DNA of 64,000 nucleotides, taken from contig NC_092679.1 in NCBI RefSeq assembly GCF_964355755.1, positions 22,427,432 to 22,491,431 on the forward strand, given 5' to 3'. The notes beneath the pieces were generated by a model. That model made no database searches. It worked only from the letters and a program-made list of their open reading frames with translations, and had not been told where the DNA came from. Shown piece by piece: positions 39,301-51,230 of the stretch (position 1 is the stretch's first letter; every line of letters begins with the position of its first letter). This stretch comes from Antedon mediterranea. Taxonomy: Eukaryota; Animalia; Echinodermata. The translations under genes and the position numbers were made by a program.

Positions 39301-42300
39301 GTGATGTCTTTTAGGAGTCTAAGCCCTAAAGATTCTTGTTATTATTTGAGTAAGAGGAGGAGACTGTACATTGCTAATTCAATTATATTTTCTTACGCAG
39401 ACATAGTTTATGCAGATTTTTACATAGGGAGGTATGGTGCATTGATGGTTCCAAATATGGTAGGGATATGCCCAAATATGGTAGGGATATGCCCAAATAT
39501 GGTAGGGATATGCCCAAAAATGGTAGGGATATGCCCAAATATGGTAGGGATATGCCCAAATATGGTAGGGATATGCCCAAATATGGTAATGAGATGACAT
39601 CATCATGTCCATATATGGGCACATCACATTTTTTTAGAGAGAGCTTAAGATAAGTTAAAATTTTTACCTGAATCTTTTACTTTAAATAAATTGCGACTAT
39701 ATTTGTTGAAACTCCCGAGATTTGTTCTATTTGTGCGAGAGCTACTGTTTGGAATACTTAGAGAAAAACAAGCCTAGAAAAATTTAAAAAAACGAGTATG
39801 AAATATGAACTATTGTTGCTGAACCTTTCCAAGAATATGATTTGTTCGATTTTCGTATATGAAAAACAACCCTAGAAGAAAACACTGTTATTAAAGGGGT
39901 TAAAGATAAAAGGCCGCATTGTTGCCGACAACTCAACCCCTTGACCAATTGTGTCAAATAAATAAATAAATGAAATTAAAAACAGGTCTAGAAAGAGAAT
40001 AGTCTAGCAAACATTTGAGCTATACCTGTTCATGATATGCATCTAGTAGCAGCTGCCGATCTCCTGAATCAAATACACTGAAAAATCTGTAAAGATAAAA
40101 ATTGTGAGTCATTTTATTGATTGCAATTGGCAATTCTCGCCCATCTTTACACACACACACACGCATAAATGTCACAGAGAGAATGTTATCCCCGATCATG
40201 GTAACATCCGCAAGTGAGGTGGTACCTGTCAGTAGGACAGGTATCAGCCAGTGGCTATAATAACACAATTTTTTACGTTTAGACAGAGTGAACAATAAAA
40301 CGCAAACATACTTCTCTACAAAAGGCACGACAAGTGCTTTAACTTCGTCGCTGACAAAAAAGCTAGCCTTGACGGGTGGCAGCGCCGTAGACTCGTCTAA
40401 TTCAAATGCGATAGGGGGCGGTAGAACAACTCCATCCTAGATAAGTAAAAACCATGGTATACACAACAAATTAAATTAAATTAGAATAATTTGCATAATT
40501 TTGTGATAGGTCAAAGATTATTTCACACACGTAGTCATAGAAACTCGAAACAATGTTTTATAAAACTTACCAGACGTAGCACAGTTGGGAATATCTGGCG
40601 GATGTCACTAGAAACGAGAGGTCAGATTGAGATATTTAATAACTGCAATTTTGTCAATAATATTGATTTATCTTTCCTTGTAAATCATTGTATGAGTTCA
40701 AGCTATACTCCATGGAAAAAAAATTCATTCATCATTCAAGTCAAACATCGATAAATGCAATCCGTGGGAAATTTCATTTCAGAAACACAATAGTGGATTA
40801 GAATTTTTAAATAAAAAGGTATTTTGCTGATTTGCATTATGTTGTTTCCATCTCCTTCATAACTTTATGACCGTACTTACCGATGTATACTTACATCACT
40901 AGAAGATCTTTCAACAATTTAATACTAGCAACATAACAAAGTAAAGTGTTAAATTATAAATACCCTAAATGCACTCTGAAATTAATTCAGTTATAATTTC
41001 AGAGTTATATGGCGGAATGGTAAAGAACTCGGACTAGTGCGTGAGAGGCATGGGTTCAAACCTGTTCCATATTGATTGTACCCTTAAGCATGCTTTACTT
41101 TCATTACTTTTTTTTTCCCTTGGTTGGAATGTAACGCCGTTGGTCCCGTATACATACAGTGCTGTTGAAGAACTAATTGAACTTGGTAGGCTCTGCACTG
41201 CTGCTGTGGGTCTTTAGAAGGCCTAATCAGAATTTCCACTTTAACATTATGACGATTAGAAAAACATTTATTGTTATACTGGAAAATCTTAAATGACATG
41301 ATGTTTATGAAGTATATTTTGTGTTTACCGTTCAAAATACCAACATTCAACCAATATGTTCTCGGTCTAGTTGTAATAAGAAAAATTTTTTCACATGGTT
41401 TTTTTCTGTCTTTTTATTTCTGCAGGGTTTTTCTTTTATCCGTTTATGTGATTCAGAGTTAGTTGGTCCATTCTCACATACGTTTTTTACTTGTTTTAAA
41501 TTCCAACTTCTTGGTTAGTGTTGACAAGCATTTTTACTATGTTGTTCATATGTTCATGTCAAATAGAATGAATATGGTGTGAATCACCAATTGTATAATT
41601 ATTTGTAATCAGCTTCCTTCGTTCCACACATTCATTATAAATGTTTTTTTTCCCATTTTGTTATGACTTGTGCTTTTCAACCTGTGGTTTAGCATCACCA
41701 TAAAGACCATTTGTTAATACTTTTGTAATAGCTGTTTTATTTTTATTTTTTTAAATGTAAGATTTTTCTGTTCGTTTGTTCCACTATGTAATTATAACTT
41801 GTAATTATAACTTGTAATTGTAACTTGCAAATTCGCCATTGGCTATGAACAGTTACAAGTGTGTCGTTGAGTGATAATAAATAAGATTCATTTTCTTTCT
41901 CCTCATGATTTTAACAATTACTTCTTGTTCCATCTTCTGCTGGATCTCGTCTGAAATCTGATCACTTCCTGTGGTCAGACAAATAGTATCCATGGCCTGG
42001 GCCTGCCTTAGGTTTCCTTCCATACTGGAGGTCAAACCCGTCTTTGGCCGATAAGGCTCATGGTCAAATAAAAAGGCACACTTCACCCACCACATGTGAT
42101 CATGGTGTTGCAAACGGTACCTTGGTCAACTGGTGACCATTTCTTGTGATGAGGTGAGTTGCAGATCCTGATACCAGTTGTCTCACATGTAAAAAGTTGT
42201 GCAAAATATTAAATTGTTTTCAAGTTTATAGTGGATATATTTGATTGTATTTTTGTTATTTCAGAGAGATATCTTTCCACGTATGTGAGAGGAAAACATT

Positions 42301-45300
42301 ATTTGTCCTCTGGTGATGATATAAAGATGTTGGTTATATACAGCATTAAATAAATGACAATATATACCACAATACTCTATCAAGTGTTTCCATCCGTGAA
42401 ATATATTATTAGTGTATATATTTCACTATATTCATATGATTTGTTTATCACAAGAATAAAAAAAAACCCTTAAGAATAAAACAAACAGATAAAAATGTGT
42501 GGTCTTTGCTAATTTAAACAGAACGCATATTGGTAAAAAAATGTTGGTATTTCAAAGAATTCAGAAATTAATTTTAAACAAAAACACTCATGCAACCATA
42601 CAAAATTTACTGAATACAAAACTAAACAGAAAATGGTTAGATCTGGTTAGAATGAATGCAAAAATAAAATAGGTAAGAAACACCCTTTCATGAAAATGGT
42701 ACGATCTGGAAAGTGTAGAAAGGTTATATAAACAATTAGACTGTTATCAAATTTGGGCAAGCCCATTCACTAAATGGGTGATACATTTGTTTACCTGACA
42801 TAATCTGTCTTGTCTTTGTAAAAATCACACAGTGGATTTCCTTCCAATTTCAGCTCTTCTAGTTTCAAACCTTTTAAACATTCCAATTCTTTTACTCGTT
42901 TCAACTAAGAAAAAGATAGATATAGATAAAATTGCTATACACAACTCCTACAATCAAATGTTGCATTGCATTATCCCAGTATAGTTAACACATCAGATGA
43001 ATAGCAACTAATACAACAAACAGAACCTCCATTGTAGGCCTAGCCCTATTGATTGAATAGGTGTACAGTACATTACCTTGTTGTGCGTTACATCAATTAT
43101 CTTGAGATTTGGAAGTTTCTCGGCCAGACCTTCCAAGGTCTTAAGAGAGTACATAACACACTTGCTCACAGACAACGACTGAATCTGTAATTTATGCAGA
43201 AACAAGTAAATAAATTAATTCTATTAAATAAACTTTGGAAGTAATATAAAAATGAAATTGCTCCTTCATGCCTATTATATGGGGAGGTTCATCATCATTT
43301 TTGTGACCTGGGAATAGAGTACTATTAGGTGTACCATTTGTTTGATCCTTCACATGGACCCATCTCTGCACCAAATAGGTTACCCCTGGGCATATTCAAA
43401 CAGTAAGTATACACTGTTTCATTACCTCTGGTATATTCTCCACAATAATCTTCAATACTGCATCCATGTATACAGCTTTGTGTAATTCAATGTATAACTT
43501 TTCTTGCTGTAATCCTACAAAAAGAAACATATTTAATCTAAAGCTCTGTCTACACTAATCACACTTTATGTGACAACAAAAATTTGAAAACACTTTGGGG
43601 TCACCGGGTCAGTGACCAATCACACTGATGAGACACTCCGGCGAGGTCCCATTCAAATCAACCATAGCAACCCAGAATTAAGCTCTGTATACACTATCAA
43701 ACTAGTTTGACAAAAAAATGGTGATGGGCCGAAATAAATAAAATAAGTAAAATTGTAAATATCACCCTCATTTTAGTTTCACATTGATCACAACGATCAT
43801 TAGTATCATTTTAATTAATATTTTAATGGTTAAATAACATTACACTACTCATTTTTAGACTTGCTATGTATTTTGTACAAGTCTGATCGTGTGAGGATAA
43901 CCTTTTGACTATAGTAACGATAGAGTTTAAAGTCAGTAATTGTTTCAAAATTATACACAAATAAAATTGATAATGACCGTACCTTTGTCATTGTAAATGT
44001 CACCTAGGTCAAGTGACTTTGTTGACGGGTCATAGCGGTTACTCATTCCCGTCTTGAGGGCTTCCAGTTTTTCCGGAGTCATAGACCAAGAGGGCGGAGC
44101 ACAGAACTTTGTTAGAATTATCACCTATAATACAAAATTAATAATTCAAAATGTATTTTAAAAATACCTCTTAAATATAAGAAGATTTGTTAAAAGCAAT
44201 AAATAAATGACATTAAATATATATGACCAACCTTGTGTCCAGAGGGCGCTGTTATTTGTCGTGTTAGCTCTTTGAGTGCCGCCCCCGCAGCTTGGTCGTC
44301 GACGTAGAAAATCACAAATTCACCCTTGTAGTGATACTACAGTAGATTTTCATAATAAAGAAAATGTTATTATACAATGTAGTACCAAAACAAAAATAAT
44401 AATCATTGTTTATAATTATTAATATACAGCGAAATCTTGGATTATTTGGTGGAGTCATGTTGTCCTCCCATTTGCTGAGGGTTGGAGTCACTAAGACGAA
44501 TCCAGGATTTTTCAAATGGGTGCTAACATAATTATAATATTAATAATCTGTCAAAGTAGATATCAAAAAGTAGCTTCAAAGGGGGGAGGGGGAGAGCACC
44601 AGCAACGATAACATTGTAATTCAAAAGCTCTATGTTTATTTTTTCATTATACAACAAGTAGAAGAAATTATTTAGAGGGTTAAGTGTCTCTTTAGGAATG
44701 GAGATTGATATAATTGCCTTAAAAACATGCTCCGGTTTTTTGTTGGCAGCCAGCAACCAGGTACAGTTAATCATTCATTGCTGTTTGTTAGGTTTCAATT
44801 CAATTAAAAAACTTACATCTAATGGTACAAAAGGTGTTGAGCATTTCTCTTGTAGATTTTGTAACAGCCATTGCTTTTCTACCTTTTTGCCATGAGGAAT
44901 CTAAATAAAGTAAGACAAAAGTTTATATAATGAAAAATGATAATACTGATAAAAGTCAAGCGAGAGATGGGTATGGAGTAATGGTAATAAGGAGTTGGAT
45001 TAGCATGTCAGAGGCATGGGTTCAAGACTTGTCTGTGCCATTACTGCTTGTATTCTTAGAAAAGATACTTATACTTTAATTGACTTGTCCTTCGGATGGG
45101 ATTTAAAACCATTGGTCCTGTGTGTGCATACAATTAATAAAGAACCATATTTGAAAAGAGTAGGAGGTAACTTCCAGTAAAAGACTAAACTGTACTGTAG
45201 TTATTGCTGTGGAGGGGGTCTAAATAATAGTATACAGTATCTTTACAAGAATATCAATAATTATATTACATAGCCAATAATTACCTGTATCTCCACCCAA

Positions 45301-48300
45301 GACATATCATTTCTCTTTGACGAGCTAGGCCCACCTTTGCCCCTTTTTGGTCGGTCGTTACGATGACGTGATGAGCCCCTGTCGTTTCTACCACCATACG
45401 GAGTGCTTAAAAATAGGAGAATTTTTCAATTAATGTTTATAATACTATCTAAAAAGGATCAGTGAGTCAGTGCTTAAATACTATCTAGCATACTTAACAT
45501 TACATTAAATAAAAAATATGGAAGAAAAATAATGTTAAAATTAATGTTTGTAACGTACTATCTACGTTGTTGCTGTTTCTTTCCTTCTTCCTCCATCACA
45601 ACATCCTCATCATCAGTTTTTGACGAGGATGGTGGCGCACTTCCTCTATTACTGTCACGACGGGGATATCTCGGACCACCGCGAGAACGTGAGCCACGTG
45701 AACCGCGCGAGCCTCTCCATTTTCCTCCACTTGAATAATCTCCACGATAGCTTCCTTGTCCCCCTTGGTAATAATTATCACTTCCGTAATAACCCCTTCC
45801 TCTTCCGCCTCGACCTCCGCTGGATTCACCCCTTGGTGCACCTCGTCCTCTTGGAGGACCACCCCTCCAATGTCCTTCTGGAACATGGCTGCTGCCTCCT
45901 TGTCGGTCATCATGTTCTGCAAATAAAAAAATGAATTCATAAATTGTAAACAAGTTCATGACTGCCCTTTTTCCACACATTTAATTATTACTTAAATTGC
46001 TTTATTTAGAAATTATAATCAGTACGCTAGGCGTAGTTATTTATATAACTTTCTGGACAAACTAACTGGTTGAAAAAGTTATTAAACTAAACTACTTTTA
46101 TTACTCATCTCATCGTTATGGCACGCCAGGACGGACAAAACCATTTCAAATGCCAATCCCTAGTAGCTGTTGAGTTTACAAATTCCTACTAGTCGAGATC
46201 GACTAGACACATACCTATCGGTCGAGTTTACCACACAGCACTAGTAGTTAATGACAAAATATACACATCACTAATGGTCGAGATTTACACATCGCGCTAC
46301 CGGTCGAGTTTTAAACACACATCGCTACCGGTCGAGTTGTTTTTATACACACATCGCTAGTTGTTGAGAATTATTTTAGTAGACATGCGCAGTAAGGGTT
46401 TGTAGAACGCCACCAACGTTCAGAAAAGTTAAATATACTTGTTGCGCCCAGACAAAAACCAGAGTAGGATCATTTTTGGTGTTCGCAGCAAAATGACGGA
46501 TCGTAATTTACGGGAAATATTTGACCAATATAAATAAAAAAATATTAGGCCTTTATATAGGCCAGGCCTAGTCTAGGCCTAGTAAAAGTAGGCTAGAGGC
46601 CTCCTTTATTATATAGTTAGGCGTTTTTTTAGTTGGGCCTTAATTATGAATTAGACAATGCCTCAACATAGTTAATACTCTAGGATAGCCCTAATAATAC
46701 ATATATAGATAGATTGAGGTAAAACATTATCGTACCTGAACAACCTTTCAATTTCTTGTTCCCTTAAACTTTCGCGGGCATATTGGTCAAATATTTCACG
46801 TAAATTACGATCCGTCATTTTGCTGCGAACACCAAAAATGATCCTACTCTGGTTTTTGTCTGGGCGCAACAAGTATATTTAACTTTTCTGAACGTTGGTG
46901 GCGTTCTACAAACCCTTACTGCGCATGTCTACTAAAATAATTCTCAACAACTAGCGATGTGTGTATAAAAACAACTCGACCGGTAGCGATGTGTGCTTAA
47001 AACTCGACCGGTAGCGCGATGTGTAAATCTCGATCATTAGTGATGTGTATAGTTTGTCATTAACTACTAGTGCTGTGTGGTAAACTCGACCGATAGGTAT
47101 GTGTCTAGTCGATCTCGACTAGTAGGAATTTGTAAACTCAACAGCTACTAGGGATTGGCATTTGAAATTTATTTATTTATTTATTATTATTACCATATTT
47201 ACTGAGGGTAGCCTATCCAGTTCCTAATAGAACTGATCATTCAGGGCCCTCGATAAAATAAACATACAGTACAGGGCTGCAAATTAAGGGGTATTTGGTC
47301 GCATTTGCGACCTAATTTTTCTGTTTGCGACTAAAGCAACAGAATAGGTCGCGCATAGCGCGACAAGATCGTCTGCTTGTGCGAGTTGTTTCAAATTGAA
47401 GTCAGGTGTGTTTTCCCTATTTAACTGTGTTGTAATTTAATCTCTCTCTACTCTTCGGAAGGCTCAGGAGTTTCCACTAGTCACCGCCGCCGCAAAGGAG
47501 TCGGGTTCATTCAAGCGTACAAAGCCCCTAAACATTTTACACTCGTTGTGATTGGAAGTTCGTCCATTTATTGTATGCTGCCTTACCCAATCACACAAAA
47601 GGACACCAAATACACAGCACAGTGTGACGCGCGGACGACACAAACCTCGTGGAAAATCACCTCCGTTTTAAAGAATGAATATAAAAAAACAATTGTACCG
47701 CCGTACACAGAAGTTAGCCAGGGCGGGCGCGGCAGATACTAAGGATTGTCGCCGCGCAGCCATCAGCATTTTTTAGGCAGTATAATGGTTATATCATGAT
47801 TACTAAATAATGTAATTAATGATATATATAATAATATCTAATCATTATATAGATTAAACAGCAGTATTGTTTATCAGTAGATTTAATACTTTATTCCAGA
47901 TTCTGATTATCGAAAATTATACATCAGAGAAAATACCGCAGCTTTTCCTACGAAGTAGCTTCGTAGATAAAACAGGCTACGTTGTTGGCTTTGTAGGTTT
48001 ACATTGTTTGGCTTCGTTAGTAACCTCAATAAACAACCTCACGATGTTCTATAGTAAGTAACAAGGTGTGAAAATTATTATTTAATGTGTTAATTTTAAC
48101 TGGCGGAGGAGGACCAATTTGTACATTACTAAGAAATATATAATATAATATTTTTTATTCGTAAATGTTTCATTCGTGTGTGTTTTTTTACTCTCAACAA
48201 CGGTGAATATAAATTTCCTACAATGTAAACGTATACGAGACACGATCCAACACAATGAACTATGCCAACTAATACAAATAATATAGCGAACGTCCAGTCG

Positions 48301-50145
48301 ATCCAAAAACATGCAAACAAAAAGATCGTAAACAATTCATTCTAAATATACGTATCAGAACGTTCAATCGGTCGCTCAAAAGACTGCCGACAGAAGCCTG
48401 TGAGGCCGTAATTAATACAGACCTAATTTTTTGGTCACATGTCATGAAACGCGATACTCTGTTTTACCACGTGGCTACAAAACAGAGTACTTGTACCTGA
48501 ATTTTGCGTCACATGAAACGTAATACAGCTCTAAACTGTTCCCATGATTCGCACGTTTTTCCCCTCCAAATTCTGGTCGGGCCTTTTATCGTAATAATAA
48601 TTTACAAAGGCCTATGTTAAATCTTAACATGGAATATATTTATTTTGCATATATTTTGTTTGCGTCCTAGCCAAGGTGTTGTTGTTTTTATAATTCGCTA
48701 AACCAAGGTAGGATTGAATGGCCGGATTGAATCATGTAGGCCGCCGAAACTCTCTCTGCGTGAGTTGAGGGCCTCGGGCCCGATGTCGTCTCGTCGGCGG
48801 ATGTCCTGCCAAATTAGGACAACCGATGTGTAGGGCGGCTACAAAAATTAACGTCTTCTAGGATTTTAATTAGCAAATACATGTTTGTTTCCACTGTTCA
48901 TGCTCCTAAAGGCGATGACATTGGTGTATCGACGCGTAGATATTATCATAAACAATACATCGTATCGTAGGCAACGAACAATACTTTGTAAATTGCAGGA
49001 TACGTTTAGAGAACAATGACCTACGGTCTATTTACGCATAGGCTACGAAAGGTTACGCGTACATATAAAGCAGTAATTTCTTTCCGTACCCTAAAAAGAA
49101 TAAATCTTGCGTGAATATAAGTGGCTCATCAGGACCAGTGCCTAAAATGTGCATAACCCAATTTATGTGCTCAGAAATCGATTGAAACAATCTATAATTA
49201 CTTAAAAATCCCCCCCCCCCCCGCGCGCTGGGGGGGGGGGAGGGATTTTATTTTTATACACCCCCACCCCCCACAACTAAACTAAAAACGGATCTGCGCG
49301 GATGGGGTTTGAGGAAGGGGGTTGTTGTCGATGAAAAGGTGCTACTAAAAAAATTGGTGGTGCTACCAAAAATTATTATGAGCCATCATACAAATTTGAT
49401 AGTGCTACCAAGTAAAAAAGTTAATTTGCAGCCCTGCAGTACAACACATAAAATATTAAATATTCAAATGACATAAAATATATTAAAGGCTTAAAAATTT
49501 ACAATGATTATATAAAATTCATATAAAAGTTAAAATCGTTGACAGATAAAGAAATATATATATATATATATACATAGAACGAACAATATTAACTGGAAAT
49601 AAATTGTTTAAGTTCACGTTTAAAGGAAATAACATTTTCAGATTGTCGAATGATTTTAGGAATCATATTAAAATACATACGCCTAGGCGCTTTATAACTG
49701 AAACATTGTTTAAAAATCTCTAAAGAAGGTCGAGGAATAATATAATTACAATAAGAGATGGATCTGGTAGTAGGTCGACCTCCGGGCCGAGTCCTGGTTA
49801 ACATGCGACTGATGTAATCCGGAACGGTATTGATGGAAGCCCGATAGGATAGGCGAGACAACCAAGTTGAAACTGATAAATGGTTTTGTCCGTCCTGGCG
49901 TGCCATACATCAGGGGCATCATGCCGCGAGCCTACTCTGCATGCCTAGCCTCTACCTAGATTTAGATAGCCTACCTAGCTAGTACTAGGCCTAGCTAGGC
50001 TAGGCCCCTAGATCGAGTAGGCCGCTCGATCTAGTTTACTAGCCGCCAGAAAGACCAACAATTTCTTACGATAAAAACTCCTTCCACCATCCCTAGATGC
50101 AGTTACACTAAATCCTCCTCGTCCCTTGCCATATCCTCGAGACAT
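36331..50145 (-). CDS. NXF1: Nuclear RNA export factor 1 (TAP), about 682 aa, 18 exons
   Basis: Exons 50070-50145, 45559-45916, 45285-45405, 44817-44900, 44232-44336, 43983-44124, 43426-43514, 43077-43184, 42795-42904, 40571-40607, 40312-40436, 40026-40086, 39668-39773, 38951-39179, 38762-38819, 37551-37690, 37200-37260, 36331-36369. RGG-rich N-terminus with HDDR and RYTPY. RRM (IPHGKK), LRR (LEELKLEGNPLC), NTF2-like (DRQLLLDAYHEQACFSLSIP) and UBA (SGMN...CLEETQWDYQRA) domains. Confidence 0.96.
37657..37937. repeat. 47-bp tandem repeat derived from an NXF1 intron-exon boundary
   Basis: GCAGCCT recurs at 37686, 37733, 37780, 37827, 37874 and 37921. Confidence 0.9.
39450..39588. repeat. 21-bp tandem repeat inside a family-B MITE
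   Basis: (CCCAAATATGGTAGGGATATG)n, about 6.5 copies. Confidence 0.9.
41990..42063 (-). promoter_or_regulatory. Constitutive transport element (CTE)-like RNA hairpin in the NXF1 cassette intron
   Basis: Sense RNA CCAUGAGCCUUAUCGGCC-AAAGAC-GGGUUUGACCUCCA-GUA-UGGAAGGAAACCU-AAGGCA-GGCCCAGGCCAUGG. Matches the recalled CTE internal loop CCAAUGACGGGU...AACCUAAGACAGG. Confidence 0.8.
47169..49877 (-). mobile_element. 5'-truncated CR1/L2-clade LINE fragment (47169-47271 plus 49442-49877)
   Basis: ORF 49589-49877 resembles an ORF2 C-terminus (IPRPSLEIFKQCFSYKAP...NMIPKIIRQSENVISFKRELK). Tail is (TAA)n(TAAA)n on -. AAAT is duplicated at 47165-47168 and 49878-49881. Confidence 0.75.
47272..49436. mobile_element. 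2.17-kb non-autonomous hAT-like element with 5-bp target duplication
   Basis: Perfect 16-bp TIR CAGGGCTGCAAATTAA / TTAATTTGCAGCCCTG. CAGTA at 47267-47271 and 49437-49441. Confidence 0.85.
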
Positions 50146-51116
50146 ATTAATCGTGTAAAGCAAGATAAATCAGTCTAAAATTGTTAAATAATATAAGTGT
50201 ATAGGCCTACTAGGGTAGCAGGAAATCTCTCGACGACACGCCAGTTTTTGATGCAGCCAGCAAGCAAAAGGAGGAAGGCGGACCGGCCAAACATCGTAAA
50301 CTAGAGAGGGCGAACTGCCCTTGTGTGCGCGCATGCAGATTCTTCACAAAGAACCCGTATGATGATGCCTCTCATAGGGATTTACTGGTAATAACTGTCC
50401 TAAAAAAGTTCATTGTTTTATTTTTTAAAAGATACTTTGTGTAGCAAAAAAAAAACAGTTATGAAATTATCTGTATGTAGGCCTAGCCTACCGACGACCT
50501 TTATTGAGCCAAAAGATCATCCTAATTTTAACGAAATGATTTTGTTTTTGTCAATTTTCAAACAATGTAAGCAAAATACTATAGTTATTTCATGGAGTAA
50601 ACTTTACTCCATGGTTATTTTCCTCCTTGGAAAACTGGGTGGTTAAAAAGAAAACATACGCTGTTTATATATATAAATAACGTTAACAAAAATGTAATAT
50701 CAGCAGATTTTTTTTCTTCATATTTATGATATTACTAACGTTTTGTAGATCAGCAACATTTATGGCGTAAAAAATACCAAAAAGGTATCCGAACATTGGT
50801 TTGGTGGAGTTATTTATAAATCGTGGATATCAGACAGTAACAGTTTTGTGATGTCATTTTAACCAATCACGTTCACGTATTTACATACTATTATCCTAAT
50901 ATCCTAATGATATTTTAATTTACTAGTTTAGTTTTAGTTTTACTATTTCCAAAAACAACAATACAAAACTATCTCAAAAATTATTATTGTTCGAATAACA
51001 AAAATTATGAAGAAAATTGATAATTAATTATTTAAAACATACTGTAATAGCATAAGAAAATTATATCAATAAGTGTGAGTTAGTTAATGAAAACATTTCT
51101 TCTGGTTTCGATTCGT

Positions 51117-51230
51117 ATATTGATATATGAAGTTCTTTGATAGTAAACCAGTTATGTAAATAAAACTTAGGCCTACGTAAGTTTTATTTACATAACTGGT
51201 TTACTATCAAAGAACTACAAATATCAATAT
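51117..51230. repeat. Long inverted repeat (about 53-bp arms) between the divergent NXF1 and ZFYVE1 starts
   Basis: ATATTGATAT...GTTCTTTGATAGTAAACCAGTTATGTAAATAAAACTTA, loop GGCCTACG, then the reverse complement. Confidence 0.9.

Larger units (their letters stand above)
46119..49905. mobile_element. Foldback/MITE-like DNA element with about 410-bp inverted arms, TA-flanked; right arm split by later insertions
   Basis: 46119-46530 is the reverse complement of 46779-47168 plus 49878-49905. Termini TA|TGGCACGCCAGGACGGACAAAACC...GGTTTTGTCCGTCCTGGCGTGCCA|TA. Subterminal CTACCGGTCGAG-type repeats. Confidence 0.88.

Noticed and set aside
41853-42113. 86-aa ORF overlapping the CTE-like island
   Set aside because: Non-ATG start and no recognisable domain. 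The GC-richness is better explained by RNA structure, though a poison exon is not excluded without RNA-seq.
43625-43680. CTGATGAG, possible hammerhead ribozyme core
   Set aside because: No GAAA after a stem II and no stem I/III pairing with an NUH site.
47440-49200. Transposase inside the 2.17-kb TIR element
   Set aside because: Only short AT-rich ORFs are present, with no recognisable BED finger, DDE or hAT dimerisation motif.
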